DNA of 63,128 nt, the filler included, from Octopus bimaculoides (lineage: Eukaryota): NCBI RefSeq assembly GCF_001194135.2. It is 5 parts of 5 records of this genome, joined end to end, with 100 filler letters (N's around TTAATTAATTAA, not from the genome) between each part and the next. Parts side by side here need not be neighbours in the genome. Positions count along the whole stretch, not along the records: positions 28,784 to 53,268 come from NC_068989.1; 4 more parts are not named here. One strand, given 5' to 3'. Numbering within the stretch: the stretch's first letter is position 1; every line of letters begins with the position of its first letter. Of this stretch, positions 38,271 to 50,808 are shown in pieces. The position numbers and the translations under genes are program-made. The notes below the pieces were generated by a model. The model saw only the letters and a list, made by a program, of their open reading frames with translations, had not been told where the DNA came from and ran no database searches.

Positions 38271-38816
38271 ACACCAAAATTATTTTATTGACCTAAGGGG
38301 GATGAAATGCAAAATGGATCCCGTATAATTTGAACTCGCTATGTAAAGATATAAAACTTAATAGCAGAATTTATAGCAGTGTGTACATTCATCCTGGTTT
38401 CAAAATTCACGCCGTTCACTTTACTTCCCGATACAATATTACTACAAGTGCCAATACTTAACCATCTTAACTGGGTTCAACAGAAATTAATAAACTCTAA
38501 AAAGAAATTTTTAAAAACGGGGTTTTTAACTGTTAAGTAAAACAAAACATGAAAATTGCTTTCTAATAGGAACTGAAGACGTGAGGAAATTTGTCTCAAT
38601 AGAAATTCAAATTCTTGATCTCGACTTATCAGCTGCTTAACTGCTTACTTTATGTCAGTTACTAAACAATTGAGATTCCCCACCTCTTTTCAAAATGGAC
38701 CGATGTTTTGAGAAAATAGAGGAATTTGTGGTGTGCACAACTTTTTCAAGGACAATAACTGTGCAACTGAAGTAGTGGTGGTGGTAGTGGGAAGCGGGGA
38801 GTTGGGAGAATTAGTA

Positions 38817-39740
38817 ACCGGGGGTAAAATGAGTAATTTCTGATTTCTCATTTTCTCCTCACCTGTTTAAAATCATTGCATTGCAAATATTGCATCAACA
38901 TTTTGTATTGTTCCATCATCTTTAAGAGTAAAAATTCGCCAACATAGTTGTTGAAGTTGAGAGAATCCGAAACAGTTAGGTGACAAGTTCTTTTTTTTTC
39001 AAGAAATTTTTCCTCAACTTTAACCCGATTATTATTGAGATCGCTAATAGAACATCAGGATAACTTTGGTATTAAACAATCAATATTCTTTTCTCTGTTG
39101 GATTCTAAGTAAATTTTTTTCCTGCACTAATGTTTAACTTGACAATTTTCACGTTTCCAAAAATGAAGTCTACAATGGGGTAAAATGAGTAAATTTATTT
39201 ACTTAAACTGCACGGAACGGAATTTCAACCATGTTTTGTGGTCTGCTACCACAACAGCTCCTTTATAGGATCCAGTTAGCTCAAGACATCATCAGGAGGA
39301 ACCACGTCCGGTTTCGGCCCCTACTCCTCTACCGTTTTGACGTGGCGCCCCCCCCCCTTTTGGAGCTGTCTTCAGCTCTGGTGTTGGGTGCATGTCTTCT
39401 TTCACTGTTTGTGACTGTTCTAATTCAACTGTGGAATGTCCCTCGCCATGGTTATTTTCCAGGAGGTTCTGGCCAACACAAAGAGAGATCCTCCAGAAGA
39501 TCGTAAAGAAGCTATAGAGAATATTTTATGTGGAATTTTATTATTTATTTAGTTGAGATTCGTTGATTTCATATGTGCCATTTTTTCCTGACCCTCCTTC
39601 ATTTGACCTAGATATATATTTGTTTGCATTTCTCATCTTTCTGATGTCTAAGGATAGATATTAATGTTTATGTGTCTGTTTTCTGGAGAAGTGAAGCGGC
39701 AAATTTAACTTATCTTGGCTTACTCATTTTGCCCCAGCCT
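38817..39740. mobile_element. Probable non-autonomous TIR element (GGGGYAAAATGAGTAA ends)
   Basis: GGGGTAAAATGAGTAA near 38820 and 39177; inverted TTACTCATTTTGCCCC near 39720. Superfamily and TSD not resolved. Confidence 0.5.
39260..39500 (-). mobile_element. Second Hero-like 3' UTR relic
   Basis: Shares G-run-CGC..TAGG..CCGAAAC.GG..CCTGATGA with 33850-33925. Confidence 0.5.
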
Positions 39741-41147
39741 AATATGTCTTTTATATACTCAAAAAGAACGGCGATAATTTTCTGCAACAACGATCAAATT
39801 ACGTGAGAATATTTTTTTTAATGCATTTAGGGAAGACCATTTGTTTAGCTGATATAGTTTTTGTAAGGTAGTAAACATTTGTAAAATATATATTTTGATT
39901 GAAAGCCAAAAATACAGTAAAAACACCTCATTTTGCTCCCTCCCCCCTAACAAATTGTAATGTGTGCGAGGAACAGCTGGACCCAAAACAATTCTTAATA
40001 CTTTTCCGATAGATTCGAATGTGAATACGCTTTTCGCTGGTGTATTCCGTTTTCGAAGAACAACACTTTTCAACTGTTTTGTGTGAACAACTCACTCAAT
40101 TCATTGACATGAAGGGACTTTGAGACACTGCGGTGTTTCGACCTGTCTAAGCTACCTCCAGATCAATGAAACTAAACAATAACATCGGCTCTTGTTTATA
40201 GAATTCTGCAAGCAAATATTTGCTGGTGCGTGTTGATGCCTGTCTAACCGATAATATATCGTTTACGTGCACGTAGTACAGTGAAAATCAAAGCAATTAC
40301 GTACATATTCGTTCTAAAAACGTTCCGGCAGATTCGAACGTAAAATAGACCAGTTGCCGTTGGGTGAAGCGAAATAGTTTTAATTAGAAATTGAAACCGT
40401 GTCGCGGACTCACTTTATTGAGAGCTAATTTGTTGCTCCCTAGTGCTTGCTATGAATTTGATAAAGGAAAAAAGAAAGTAGTGATGTTTGTATGTATCAT
40501 CCCCAGATCATTAGTAGCGTAAATGAAGTGAATTTGTTTCAAACTAGAATCGTGTCGAGGAGTCTGTTCGCTGAGAGCTTTTCTCTTGGTCTTGATAATT
40601 TTTGGAAAAACAATAAGTTGACGACGCCTTCTTGTAAATCTTTAAAGGCTCATTATAACTAAGTCGCCACTTACAGCAATACCCACTTCCACAACCATTA
40701 CCACCTCCACCACCACCATTACAACTAAGCTTGATTGGTAATGCTATTTAGATTAACAAATTCTAGTTTGGTCGCAGGCAAGATGCCACACTTGCACTTG
40801 TTGGCATCATTATAAGATTCTAGAAGACAAACTGTCTAGCCCTTAGATGAAGAACTACGTATCACTTCAATTGCTATTTTACCTTTAGATCCACGCTGAC
40901 ATCCCATGCCAAATGTACGTATTTACGTTGTTGACCAACTTGGCGGAAGTAAGGGCGGGGGAGATATAAACAGGTGAATGGGTGCATTCTGAGTGCCTGA
41001 CTGACTGATTGACTGGCTAGCCGGCTGGCTGGCTGGCCGGCTGATTGCGTTGAAAGAAAAGACGTAGAATGAAGGGATATATATAAAACCGACAGGAAAG
41101 AAGGTAAACGGTGAAGTGAAAAGAGAGAGACAGAAAGAGAGAGAGAT

Positions 41148-41198
<51 letters not shown>

Positions 41199-41278
41199 AA
41201 AAAGAAAGAGAATGTTGAAGAATTAAAAGGAAACGAGGGAGAATATGAATGAAATGCACAAATTAAATTGATCTAAAT

Positions 41279-41599
41279 CAGGGGTTCCATACCTTATTTT
41301 ACTTGTGAATCCCCTGAGAACTATCTTATCACCTGTGAACCTCATATAATGCACATGTACATTTTTGAAATAAATCATCTGTTTGTAGGTTAGTAAAAAC
41401 TAACAATGAAACAATTTCGTTATATTCATAACATAAATTCTAAACACAAATCTTGAAAATTTCAATGAATACAGGTACCTCTCCTAGTAAACAAAATTTA
41501 TATATGGACCCACAAATTACAATTTTTTTACTCATGGACCCCCTTAAAGCTTCTGTGGACCCCTCGGGGGTCGATGTGGACTCCGGTTGGGAACCCCTG
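41279..41599. mobile_element. hAT (Charlie-like) MITE, 321 bp
   Basis: TIRs CAGGGGTTCC.A / T.GGAACCCCTG; 8-bp TSD ATCTAAAT / ACCTAAAT. Confidence 0.92.
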
Positions 41600-42391
41600 A
41601 CCTAAATCAAAACATTCCATCGAAATTCCAAGTTAATATACGGTCCAAAACACTAGCTTAATAATAATAAAGTTATTTTACTAAATTCTTTATTATTTAA
41701 AAAATCAATTGAAACAAAGGCAGTGTATTTCAACTGAAATTCTGTAACAAAAGGAAGGCTAAAGATATTAAGCTCTGATGTGGTAGTAGTGTAGAAGCCA
41801 CCCCTGATCCTACAATTAGGTTTCATTTCCAGTTTTGTAGCTATCTTTACAGTTATAAGTTTTATTTCACTCTTCTCGAAAACACCTTTCTGTACTGGCA
41901 TAATATCTATTTTTAAGGTTTGACCAAAGAAAGAACGGTCTTTTCAAAAACCCAAGACCGGCGGAGGACAAGAAGAAAGAACCTATGTTTTGCTCACCGT
42001 TATGTATATCTCTGTAAGTAGTTCAGTTAAAAGTCAATGCTCATATGTGGGCTTGCCAGCAAATAAAGCAGTCTCTCTCCTTAGGTGTAACTCATGGATC
42101 GGGCTGTTATCTTATCTAGTGTGGGATCTTTGCCGGCGAACTACTTTTATTTGTTCCCTCTAACAAACAGTGCCACGATACAAGGAAGGGCAGAATTCTG
42201 ATTTAAGCACTCCATATAACACCTCATTACCTTTTTGATTTTTGGAAACAAATCCCAGCAATGGCTCATTCTGGCCTGACCTGCGTTTAAGCTGAAAGGC
42301 ATTCGTTGCAACGAATGTACAATATGTAAAATATATATGAAAAATATATGAAAAAAAAAATGTAAAATATTATGACAATTCACGAAAAGTA

Positions 42392-42513
42392 CTAGGTTGA
42401 AGAAAAGTTCGTGCGCCCTGTTAAAATAATTAGCTGAATGAATACACACATCACAAAAATATATTTAAAAAGCATTATTTTAACACGGCGCACGAACTTT
42501 CTCCTCAACCTAA
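42392..42513. mobile_element. mariner-derived MITE, 122 bp
   Basis: About 40-bp imperfect TIRs starting CTAGGTTGAAGAAAAGTTCGTGCGCC; TA on both sides. Confidence 0.88.
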
Positions 42514-42777
42514 TATCTACAATAAAATTCTAACTGATAATTATAGATTTTTTATTAAAACAAAATATGCGGGTGAAGTAAATCTCGTGTTGTGAAGAAT
42601 CAACACAACACAACGTGCGGATGAAGTGAAACACAACGCAACGTGCCATTGTCATGGTAACAAGCTGTTAATGCCTCGCTGTCTGTTGATTGGCTAAAAT
42701 TGCCCAAATTTTCCCAACTTTAATTTCAAATAACATCAGATTCTTTAATTTACGAGATAGAGTAATTGGTTGATCGG

Positions 42778-43556
42778 GATCTATTTCAAAACGGGGGCAC
42801 CAGTTTTCATTTATGTTTTATGTAGTGTTTTTGGTACCGAAAGACTTTCAAACTTCGTATACTTATCTATTTTGTGTTATAGAACAGGAAAAAATGGATC
42901 TAGTTCAAAACGGGGGCACCAGTATTTTCTTAACGAAACACTTTGAAACTTGGGACACTGGTAGAATGTGTCATATAAAACATCTTTTTCTCTTAGTCTT
43001 CTTAAGAAAAATTATTATATTGCAATTTATTTCATGTTAAAGTTGTCGTATTTCTGTAATTTCAACCAATGACTGACGTCCATTCAGCCGAATACATTAA
43101 GTGCTGACTATGTAAACAAACGATTCTCAANNNNNNNNNNNNNNNNNNNNNNNNNNNNNNNNNNNNNNNNNNNNNNNNNNNNNNNNNNNNNNNNNNNNNN
43201 NNNNNNNNNNNNNNNNNNNNNNNNNNNNNNNNNNNNNNNNNNNNNNNNNNNNNNNNNNNNNNNNNNNNNNNNNNNNNNNNNNNNNGCAAAATGTCAAAAG
43301 TAATGGAGATTAAATACGCTTTACACCGCTTAAACTGCCAAAGGAGTAACTATAAACAGCTGAATACTTGTCAGTGATTGGTTGAAATTATCGAAATAAG
43401 ACAATTTTTTACATGAAATTAATTCGAATACAAAAATTTTTTTCTGTTCTATAACACAAAATAGATAAGTATACGAAGTTTGAAAGTCTTTCGGTACCAA
43501 AAACACTACATAAAACATAAATGAAAACTGGTGTCCCCGTTTTGAACTAGATCCTT
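42778..43556. mobile_element. Long-TIR non-autonomous DNA transposon with duplicated left end
   Basis: About 110-bp near-perfect arms (42778-42890 and 43444-43556), a second TIR start at 42897, and an inner pair TTTCAACCAAT.ACTGAC / GTCAGT.ATTGGTTGAAA. Spans an N gap. Confidence 0.8.
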
Positions 43557-43967
43557 TATTTATACGAATGAAAATGGCCGGAGAACTTTCGTGCTAAAAA
43601 TAACAGCTAAATTAGATTTATTTACATGAAAGAAAATTACCAGAGACATAACACGTGTTGCTTATAAATATTGACAGCACGTGTTATTTTCAGGATGTTG
43701 ACGACAAAATGTGCAGTCACGCACAAAATGACAGCTTCCAAATCCTGTTTCCTGACTGGGTGAAAATGATCAAACCCTAAATCTCTATAGCTTTTTTAAA
43801 ACATTTTTCTGGAAAAAATGAAATAACTCCAGCAATTCAGTTTGCACCAAATTAAAAATTTTCGGTAAACTTCAATTTATGGAGCCACTGGCTGATTGAT
43901 TTGACCGGATTAACTAAATATATTTGGGAACATAAAGATAAAGATACTAGATTCGCTTTATATATAT

Positions 43968-44114
43968 AGGTGCAAGAGTGGCTGTGTGGTGAGTAGCTTT
44001 CTTACCAACCACATGGTTCCGGGTTCGGTCCCACTGCATGACACCTTGGTCAAACGTCTTCTACTATAGCCTCGAGCCGACCACACCCTTGTGAGTGGAT
44101 TTGGTAGACGGAAA
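43968..44114 (+). mobile_element. SINE family A 5' half, interrupted at 44115
   Basis: Matches the other family A heads; stops at GACGGAAAC. Confidence 0.88.
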
Positions 44115-44330
44115 CCTCATTCCATTCATTGAGCTAGGAAATGAATGGGATGCCTCGTGTGTGTCTTGTTGTAACTACCCACTCCTAAAAATGGGGAATA
44201 TATATACCCAGGCCTATTCCCCATTATGAGCTGGGTATATATATTACAAGCTGGAGGCGACGGAAGGCCCATACACACACACACACACACAAACATATAT
44301 ATACATATATACATACATACACACACATAC

Positions 44331-44386
<56 letters not shown>

Positions 44387-44921
44387 NNNNNNNNNNNNNN
44401 NNNNNNNNNNNNNNNNNNNNNNNNNNNNNNNNNNNNNNNNNNNNNNNNNNNNNNNNNNNNNNNNNNNNNNNNNNNNNNNNNNNNNNNNNNNNNNNNNNNN
44501 NNNNNNNNNNNNNNNNNNNNNNNNNNNNNNNNNNNNNNNNNNNNNNNNNNNNNNNNNNNNNNNNNNNNNNNNNNNNNNNNNNNNNNNNNNNNNNNNNNNN
44601 NNNNNNNNNNNNNNNNNNNNNNNNNNNNNNNNNNNNNNNNNNNNNNNNNNNNNNNNNNNNNNNNNNNNNNNNNNNNNNNNNNNNNNNNNNNNNNNNNNNN
44701 NNNNNNNNNNNNNNNNNNNNNNNNNNNNNNNNNNNNNNNNNNNNNNNNNNNNNNNNNNNNNNNNNNNNNNNNNNNNNNNNNNNNNNNNNNNNNNNNNNNN
44801 NNNNNNNNNNNNNNNNNNNNNNNNNNNNNNNNNNNNNNNNNNNNNNNNNNNNNNNNNNNNNNNNNNNNNNNNNNNNNNNNNNNNNNNNNNNNNNNNNNNN
44901 NNNNNNNNNNNNNNNNNNNNN

Positions 44922-44962
<41 letters not shown>

Positions 44963-44984
44963 GTGAATCCGAACAAAGGAGAAG

Positions 44985-45130
44985 AAACATGAAAAAACAA
45001 CAACGCGAGGACTTGGTACGAGTGATGTATTATCAGACGCTCAGGAAAAGAAAGAAAGAAGATTTAACGTTTCGAGCAAAGCTCTTCTTCAGAAATAGAG
45101 GAAAGTCCAAAAGAAGGGAAGACGGAGGAA
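44985..45130 (-). mobile_element. Penelope-like pLTR copy
   Basis: Homologous to the 17600 and 33420 copies. Confidence 0.7.
45062..45096 (-). ncRNA. Minimal type I hammerhead fold, canonical core
   Basis: ATTT-CTGAAGA-A-GAGC-ttt-GCTC-GAAAC-GTT-AAAT. Confidence 0.8.
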
Positions 45131-45454
45131 GAAAATCGCCAACGATTCACATGTGGCTACATTTTGAAATGACCGGAAGGGAATGGGTGAAGAAAAAGTT
45201 CTTTCTAAGACAGGAGAGCGCAAGAGAAGAAGGTATGTGTGTGTATGTGCGTGCGCGTATGTGTGTTTGTGTGTAATAATAGTACATGCGTGTGCGTATA
45301 TGTGTGTGTAGTTTTGGCTGTTTCTATGTGTGTGTGTGAGTGGACTGTGTGTCGCTTATTTTATCGTCTACGGAAAGATGAACGATAGACCAGCCTTGGT
45401 AGGACTTGAAGTGAGGGAGCAGAACCTTTACTTTCATATTACTCTACTATGCTT

Positions 45455-45624
45455 AAGGCGGCGAGCTGGCAGAAACATTAGAATCCAGGGTGAAATGCTT
45501 AACGGTATTTCGTCTGTCTTTACGTTCTGAGTTCAAATTAAGTACCAGTTGCGTACTGGGGTCGATCTAATCGACTGTCCCCCTCCCCCACAAAATTCCG
45601 GGCCTTGTGCCTAGAGTAGAAAAG
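45455..45624 (+). mobile_element. Internally deleted SINE family B with 17-bp TSD
   Basis: ATTACTCTACTATGCTT at 45438-45454 and 45625-45641. Confidence 0.92.
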
Positions 45625-46529
45625 ATTACTCTACTATGCTTGCCAATAAAGAGCAGTCATTCAAAGAAATAATTAGTAATACAGATACAGCTCATAATTG
45701 ATGCCGATGTCATTAAGTTACCATTCTTTGATCGTAGCTATTTTACAGAAATAGTAGAACACACCTTATTCTTCGAAATGAATCAAACTCCGCCTGCTTA
45801 CGTTTGAGAGGGTGTTGGATATCTAATATCTATACACACGAGTATGTTATGTGTGTGTGTGTGTGTGTGTGTGTGTTTGTGTGTATGCGTGCCTGTGTGT
45901 GAAAACACTGTTTTTCTCTTGCTTTTACACATATACTCTTGCATATCCATATATATACATATATAGATTTCAACGTACACAAGTAAAATAAAACACACAT
46001 ATGCATACATACATGTGTGTGTGTGTGTGTGTGTTATACTTATGTTATAAAGTATGTATGCGTGTGCATGCATATCATGTCTATATTCACTATCTGATGC
46101 TTGCCCAGAGTACCGCAGAGAGGGACCGAACGAGAAACCATGTGGTCGCGATACACACAACCATCCTGCGTCTATAAAGTGTAAAAAAATAAACAAATAG
46201 AAATGAGAATAGACGCGCTTCGCATATTGGCGAAATTATACGTTACGTAAGCGACCTTAATGGGATTTTTTCGCTACTGGAGGCCAATGCCTTATCCATT
46301 AAGCCGCAAGATCACGGTGTGTAAGTTCGTCACAAGTCTATCACAAGTCGTTACCAGTGCTAAACAGAACGATTCAGGTTGCACATTTTAACCCCTACAT
46401 CAACCTCTAGAAATAAAAGTCAAACTATTCCTGATATTACACCCTATTATCTTAAAAATGGAGGGATGCCGTGGCTAATACTCTAAGATACACAGAGTCT
46501 TTTAATAGTCAGGATGGTTACAGTTAGAC

Positions 46530-49200
46530 CAAGGATGGGGAACCTTTTTGTGCATGAAGGTCACCCTACAATTCATCATCCTTCATAGAGGCCGCATTGA
46601 ACAAATTATTATTTTTTAGTTATCTTATCCCCTACATAATTTATTAGTAGTCGAATAAAAGAAAGACAGGTGTGTAGAAATCGAAAGCATGACTTCAAAT
46701 ATTTTATACAAATAATACTTTATACAAATAGTACTTTTATACAAATAATAAGTAAATGAGTAATATCGAAAGCAAGACATTTTCAAATATTTTATGTAAG
46801 TAAGTAGGTTCATTGTATACAAGTAATATGTAAATGAATAATAATCTTATAAAAAAAAACAGTTTATGAACATTGAGAAAATAACATTTTCAAATATTTA
46901 ATTTAGGCAAGTAGGTACTTTTTATACAAATTAATGACTTCTTTGAATTTGCTTTTTTTTGAGAAAGCATTTTGATATCAGGCTCTAACATAGTGGTTCT
47001 TAGTTTCAATAGGTGCTCCAAATGCTCATCCGTCAATTGCGTTTTCAGCGAATTCTTGATCTGCGTCAAGTATGAGAATGTGGATTCACAACAGTATGTT
47101 GAAGAAAAAAAAATAAATGCGCCCTTTTAAAGCCTAGCCAGGCTCATGGGCCTGATTTCCCAGTTTCAATGGCATATGTGTTCCCCAGCTGGATGGGACG
47201 CCAGTCCATCGCAGCGTTAATCATTTCTGCCAGCTGAGTGGACTGGAGCAACGTGAAATGAAGTGTTTTGCTCAAGAACACAACGCGTCACCCGGNNNNN
47301 NNNNNGATGGGACGCCAGTCCATCGCAGCGTTAATCATTTCTGCCAGCTGAGTGGACTGGAGCAACGTGAAATGAAGTGTTTTGCTCAAGAACACAACGC
47401 GTCACCCGGTCCAGGAATCGAAACCACAATCTTACGATCATGGTGCTGACACCCTAACCACTAAGCCACGCGCCTCTACATGTTGAAGAAAGGCAGGAAA
47501 TTAATCGGTAGGTATGTCCACGAAGACGAGGATATTCTACCGCATTTTTCCAAATTTCGATGGGATTTTCCCTCTTGTCAAACAGATTTCAGGATATTAT
47601 CTCCAGATATTTCAATGAGTTCCATTTGTAACTAAGTGAGGCTGAAAAACAAGTTTCAGAGTGATGTTATGTTTTTCAAAATCACTGAATCTTTTATTAT
47701 ATTCTTATATTAACGAGTCTAAAGCTGATTCTTATTCTTCAAAAGATTCATAGATATCTTCTTCTTTTTCACTCATTATCTTTGTAAACTGAGGAAAGTG
47801 TTCTGAAAGTTTTGATTGAGCCAAAAGGAACTTGAAAGATGACAATTGTTTTCTAAATGCCCAATTTTTTTGCCACATATAAATACATTTCTTTTTACCT
47901 TGCAACGAAATGTTTAACTCATTTTGTTTTGACATCACATCACATAAGAATGCAACATCTCTGTAAAAAATTGGATCTGACAAATCACAATGTTTGTTGT
48001 TTTCTTTGAAAAAGTAAATTATTTGCCTTCGTAAAGACAAAATTTTGACCAATACTTTCTCTTGAGTGATAAAGCAAATCCACATTAATTACTTCGTCAT
48101 GCATCATCAGCATGTTTCGAAGTTGATGCTTCAGGGCATTTGCTCGAATATAGTTTACAATACTTATAACCTTCTGCAAAGTGTCATTTAAAATGACAGA
48201 TTTTACACATATTTTGCTGATGTAAAATACAACGAAAAGAAATCAGTACATTTGGTTCATTGGTTAATCTTTTAAGATGTGCAATAAATCATTCATTTTC
48301 AGTCACCATAGCTAGAGCACCATCCGTGCACACACCAAATTAGTAAAATCTAGTCCTACTTTATGACATTGCTCTTTGAAGTTGTTAAAAATATCTATCT
48401 CTCGCCTCCTTCCTTTAAGGGTGCCTAAATCAAATAATTCTTCATATAATTGAAAATCATCAGTTATAGCACGAATAAAATACAATACTTGTGCTGAATC
48501 TGTGGAATCTGTCGATTCATCCAAATCTACTGAACAATATACATTTTCTTTTTGGATTATATTTTTCAATTACTCTGTTACATTACAGGCCAATTCATGC
48601 TGTAGATTTGTTTTAATCTTTTTTGAAAGAGGCACCTCTTTTTATTTGTAAACTTTATCGGGATCTATACATCCTACCACTTCTAAAATACATTCCTTTA
48701 TGAGTTTTGCATCGCTGAATGGCTTACCTTTTTTTTCCAAGCAAATATGCAACTTTATAGGTAGCTTCTGATGTAGCATTCCCTTGATGCAACAAAGACT
48801 GGAAAAATTGTCTTTGCTTTTGTTTTCCATCTTTCAATTTCTGCAATACTATCTTTCGAGACCTTCTAATTTGGCTTATTCATTGTCTTTATGAAGAGCA
48901 TAATGTTGCTGTGCATTGAATTTCTTAACCGTTACAATTACGGTATCACAAAAGAAGCAAGACATTTTGCCTCCACTATTTACTAAAAAATATTGCAATT
49001 CCCATTCTTCATTGAAGATCCTGTTTTCTTCTTTCAAAGTTCGTTTGAATTTTTCTGACATAATTATAGGTTAAAAAGAAATGTATTTATTCTGAAAAAC
49101 AATAAAAAATAAACGTTAATAATGAATTATTAAAGCCGGCCACACACTGACCTAAATAAAACAGTCTTAGACAAGACACGGTAAACTTGCATCCAAAACC
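46530..49200 (-). mobile_element. hAT transposon relic, SPIN/Buster type (GTF2IRD2/EPM2AIP1-like transposase); ORF about 49061-46950
   Basis: KRTLKEENRIFNEEWELQYF..CFFC..HY; YCSVDLDESTDSTDSAQ; AFLCDV..NELNISLQGK; YCCESTFS..LTDEHLE. TIR CAAGGATGGGGAACC at 46530. The other end was not located. Confidence 0.9.
47108..47479 (-). mobile_element. tRNA-head SINE family D inserted in the hAT ORF, 12-bp TSD
   Basis: Head GGCGCGTGGCTTAGTGGTTAGG..GGTTTCGATTCC; TSD ATGTTGAAGAAA at 47096-47107 and 47480-47491. Includes an assembly duplication across a small gap. Confidence 0.92.
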
Positions 49201-49358
49201 ACGTTTTTGGTTTTGACTTTAGCAATTGTTACTACCATTCCAAATTGAACAACATCTAGATTGGCTATCATTTTTTTCTGTTATTAGTTCTATTATTTAT
49301 CATTAGCTAACTGTTGCAGAAATAATGTCAAATATCGACGGTTTCCAATCTCACAAAA

Positions 49359-49576
49359 AATCCTTTTCTACTATAGGTACAAGGCCTGAAATTTTGGGGG
49401 AGGGGGCCAGTCGATTAGATCGACCCCAGTACGCAACCGGTACTTAATTTATTGTCCCCGAAAGGATGAAAGGCAAAGTCAACCTCGGCGGAATTTGAAC
49501 TCAGAACGTAGCGGTAGACGAAATACTGCTAAGCATTTCGCTCGGCGTGCTAACGATTCTACCAGCTAGCTGCTTT
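49359..49576 (-). mobile_element. Full-length SINE family B with 12-bp TSD
   Basis: AATCTCACAAAA at 49347-49358 and 49577-49588. Confidence 0.92.
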
Positions 49577-50225
49577 AATCTCACAAAATAACGAGACAAT
49601 TGTTGAAGTTATGACCAAGATTCAAAGAACATGATTTCGGATGCTGATTGACAGTGTCTTGTCTAAGATCGTTTTGTCTGAATCAGAGTGCAGGCGGCTT
49701 AACAGAGTAGCAATGAATACTGTATCACTGTATCACTGTATCACCTATCAAGTCACAATGATAAAAAAGGCAAGTCTATAAAATTAACGCATGCACTGAT
49801 GGATTTACGATTTCAAATAAGGCTATAACTCAGTTTCACAAAACAAGTCAGTATGAAGTTGGCCACGACAACGTAATTACTAGGTAAAGTACGCAGCACA
49901 GATCACAATGAAAAGGTGGACGAGACAGGATTTATGATTTAAGCACCCTCCAACTTCAGAATCTCTGACAACACACGAGATAACGAGCTATCGAGAAGAA
50001 CTCTATCTTGTTGTTCGGTCGACTAGAAAATAGCAGCCAAATCTCCTTCAAACCACTCCCTCTAACAGTGGTTCTGAAACAGTGGGTCACAAAGGGCATC
50101 TAGATGACTAACAGATTTTAAAAAATATGTTAAGGCTTTAGAAAATCAGTACTTGATACTTAAACGTTTTAAAAAAAACGTTACAATTTCGCTAAGTACC
50201 TGAAAGAGATTAGTAAAACAAGATA

Positions 50226-50312
50226 AGGCGTGACTGTGTGGTAAGAAGCTTCCTTTCCGACCACATTGTTCCGGGTTCAGTCCCACTGCGTGGCACCTTA
50301 GGGAGGCCCGTA
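50226..50312 (+). mobile_element. Internally deleted SINE family A head
   Basis: GGCGTGACTGTGTGGTAAG..GGTTCAGTCCCACTGCGTGGCACC joined directly to GCCCG-(TA)n. Confidence 0.8.
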
Positions 50313-50354
<42 letters not shown>

Positions 50355-50808
50355 TGCCCCCTTGTTATCGAGTATGGCCATTGCACGAAGTTTAACATGT
50401 TGTTATCGTGCAGTGCCTGTGCAAAAAAAAAAAATTTTTTAAGTGAGGAAAGGCTGTGCACTGAGTCAATCCCACTCACTAAGCGACAGTAGCCATAACC
50501 CGAAAAGAAGAACAATTCAACATCANNNNNNNNNNNNNNNNNNNNNNNNNNNNNNNNNNNNNNNNNNNNNNNNNNNNNNNNNNNNNNNNNNNNNNNNNNN
50601 NNNNNNNNNNNNNNNNNNNNNNNNNNNTCTCCTAGAAGGATGCCCTAACAAGGGCTAGGGGTCCTTCACTCCCAATGGTTTAACCGCGCGATCGGGTATT
50701 CAGTCCGATTATTTCTGTCCCCGCGCAAAAAACAGCATTAAGCTGGATAAAAAAAAAAAATAAATAAATAAAAATAAAAAATAAAAATAAAAACAGCCTT
50801 AAGCTGGG

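Noticed and set aside
47190-47410. Apparent 100-bp tandem duplication within SINE D
   Set aside because: Identical copies either side of a small N gap; typical unmerged contig overlap.
48098-48120. TCATCAG..GTTTCG inside the hAT
   Set aside because: Lies in transposase coding sequence and forms no stems.
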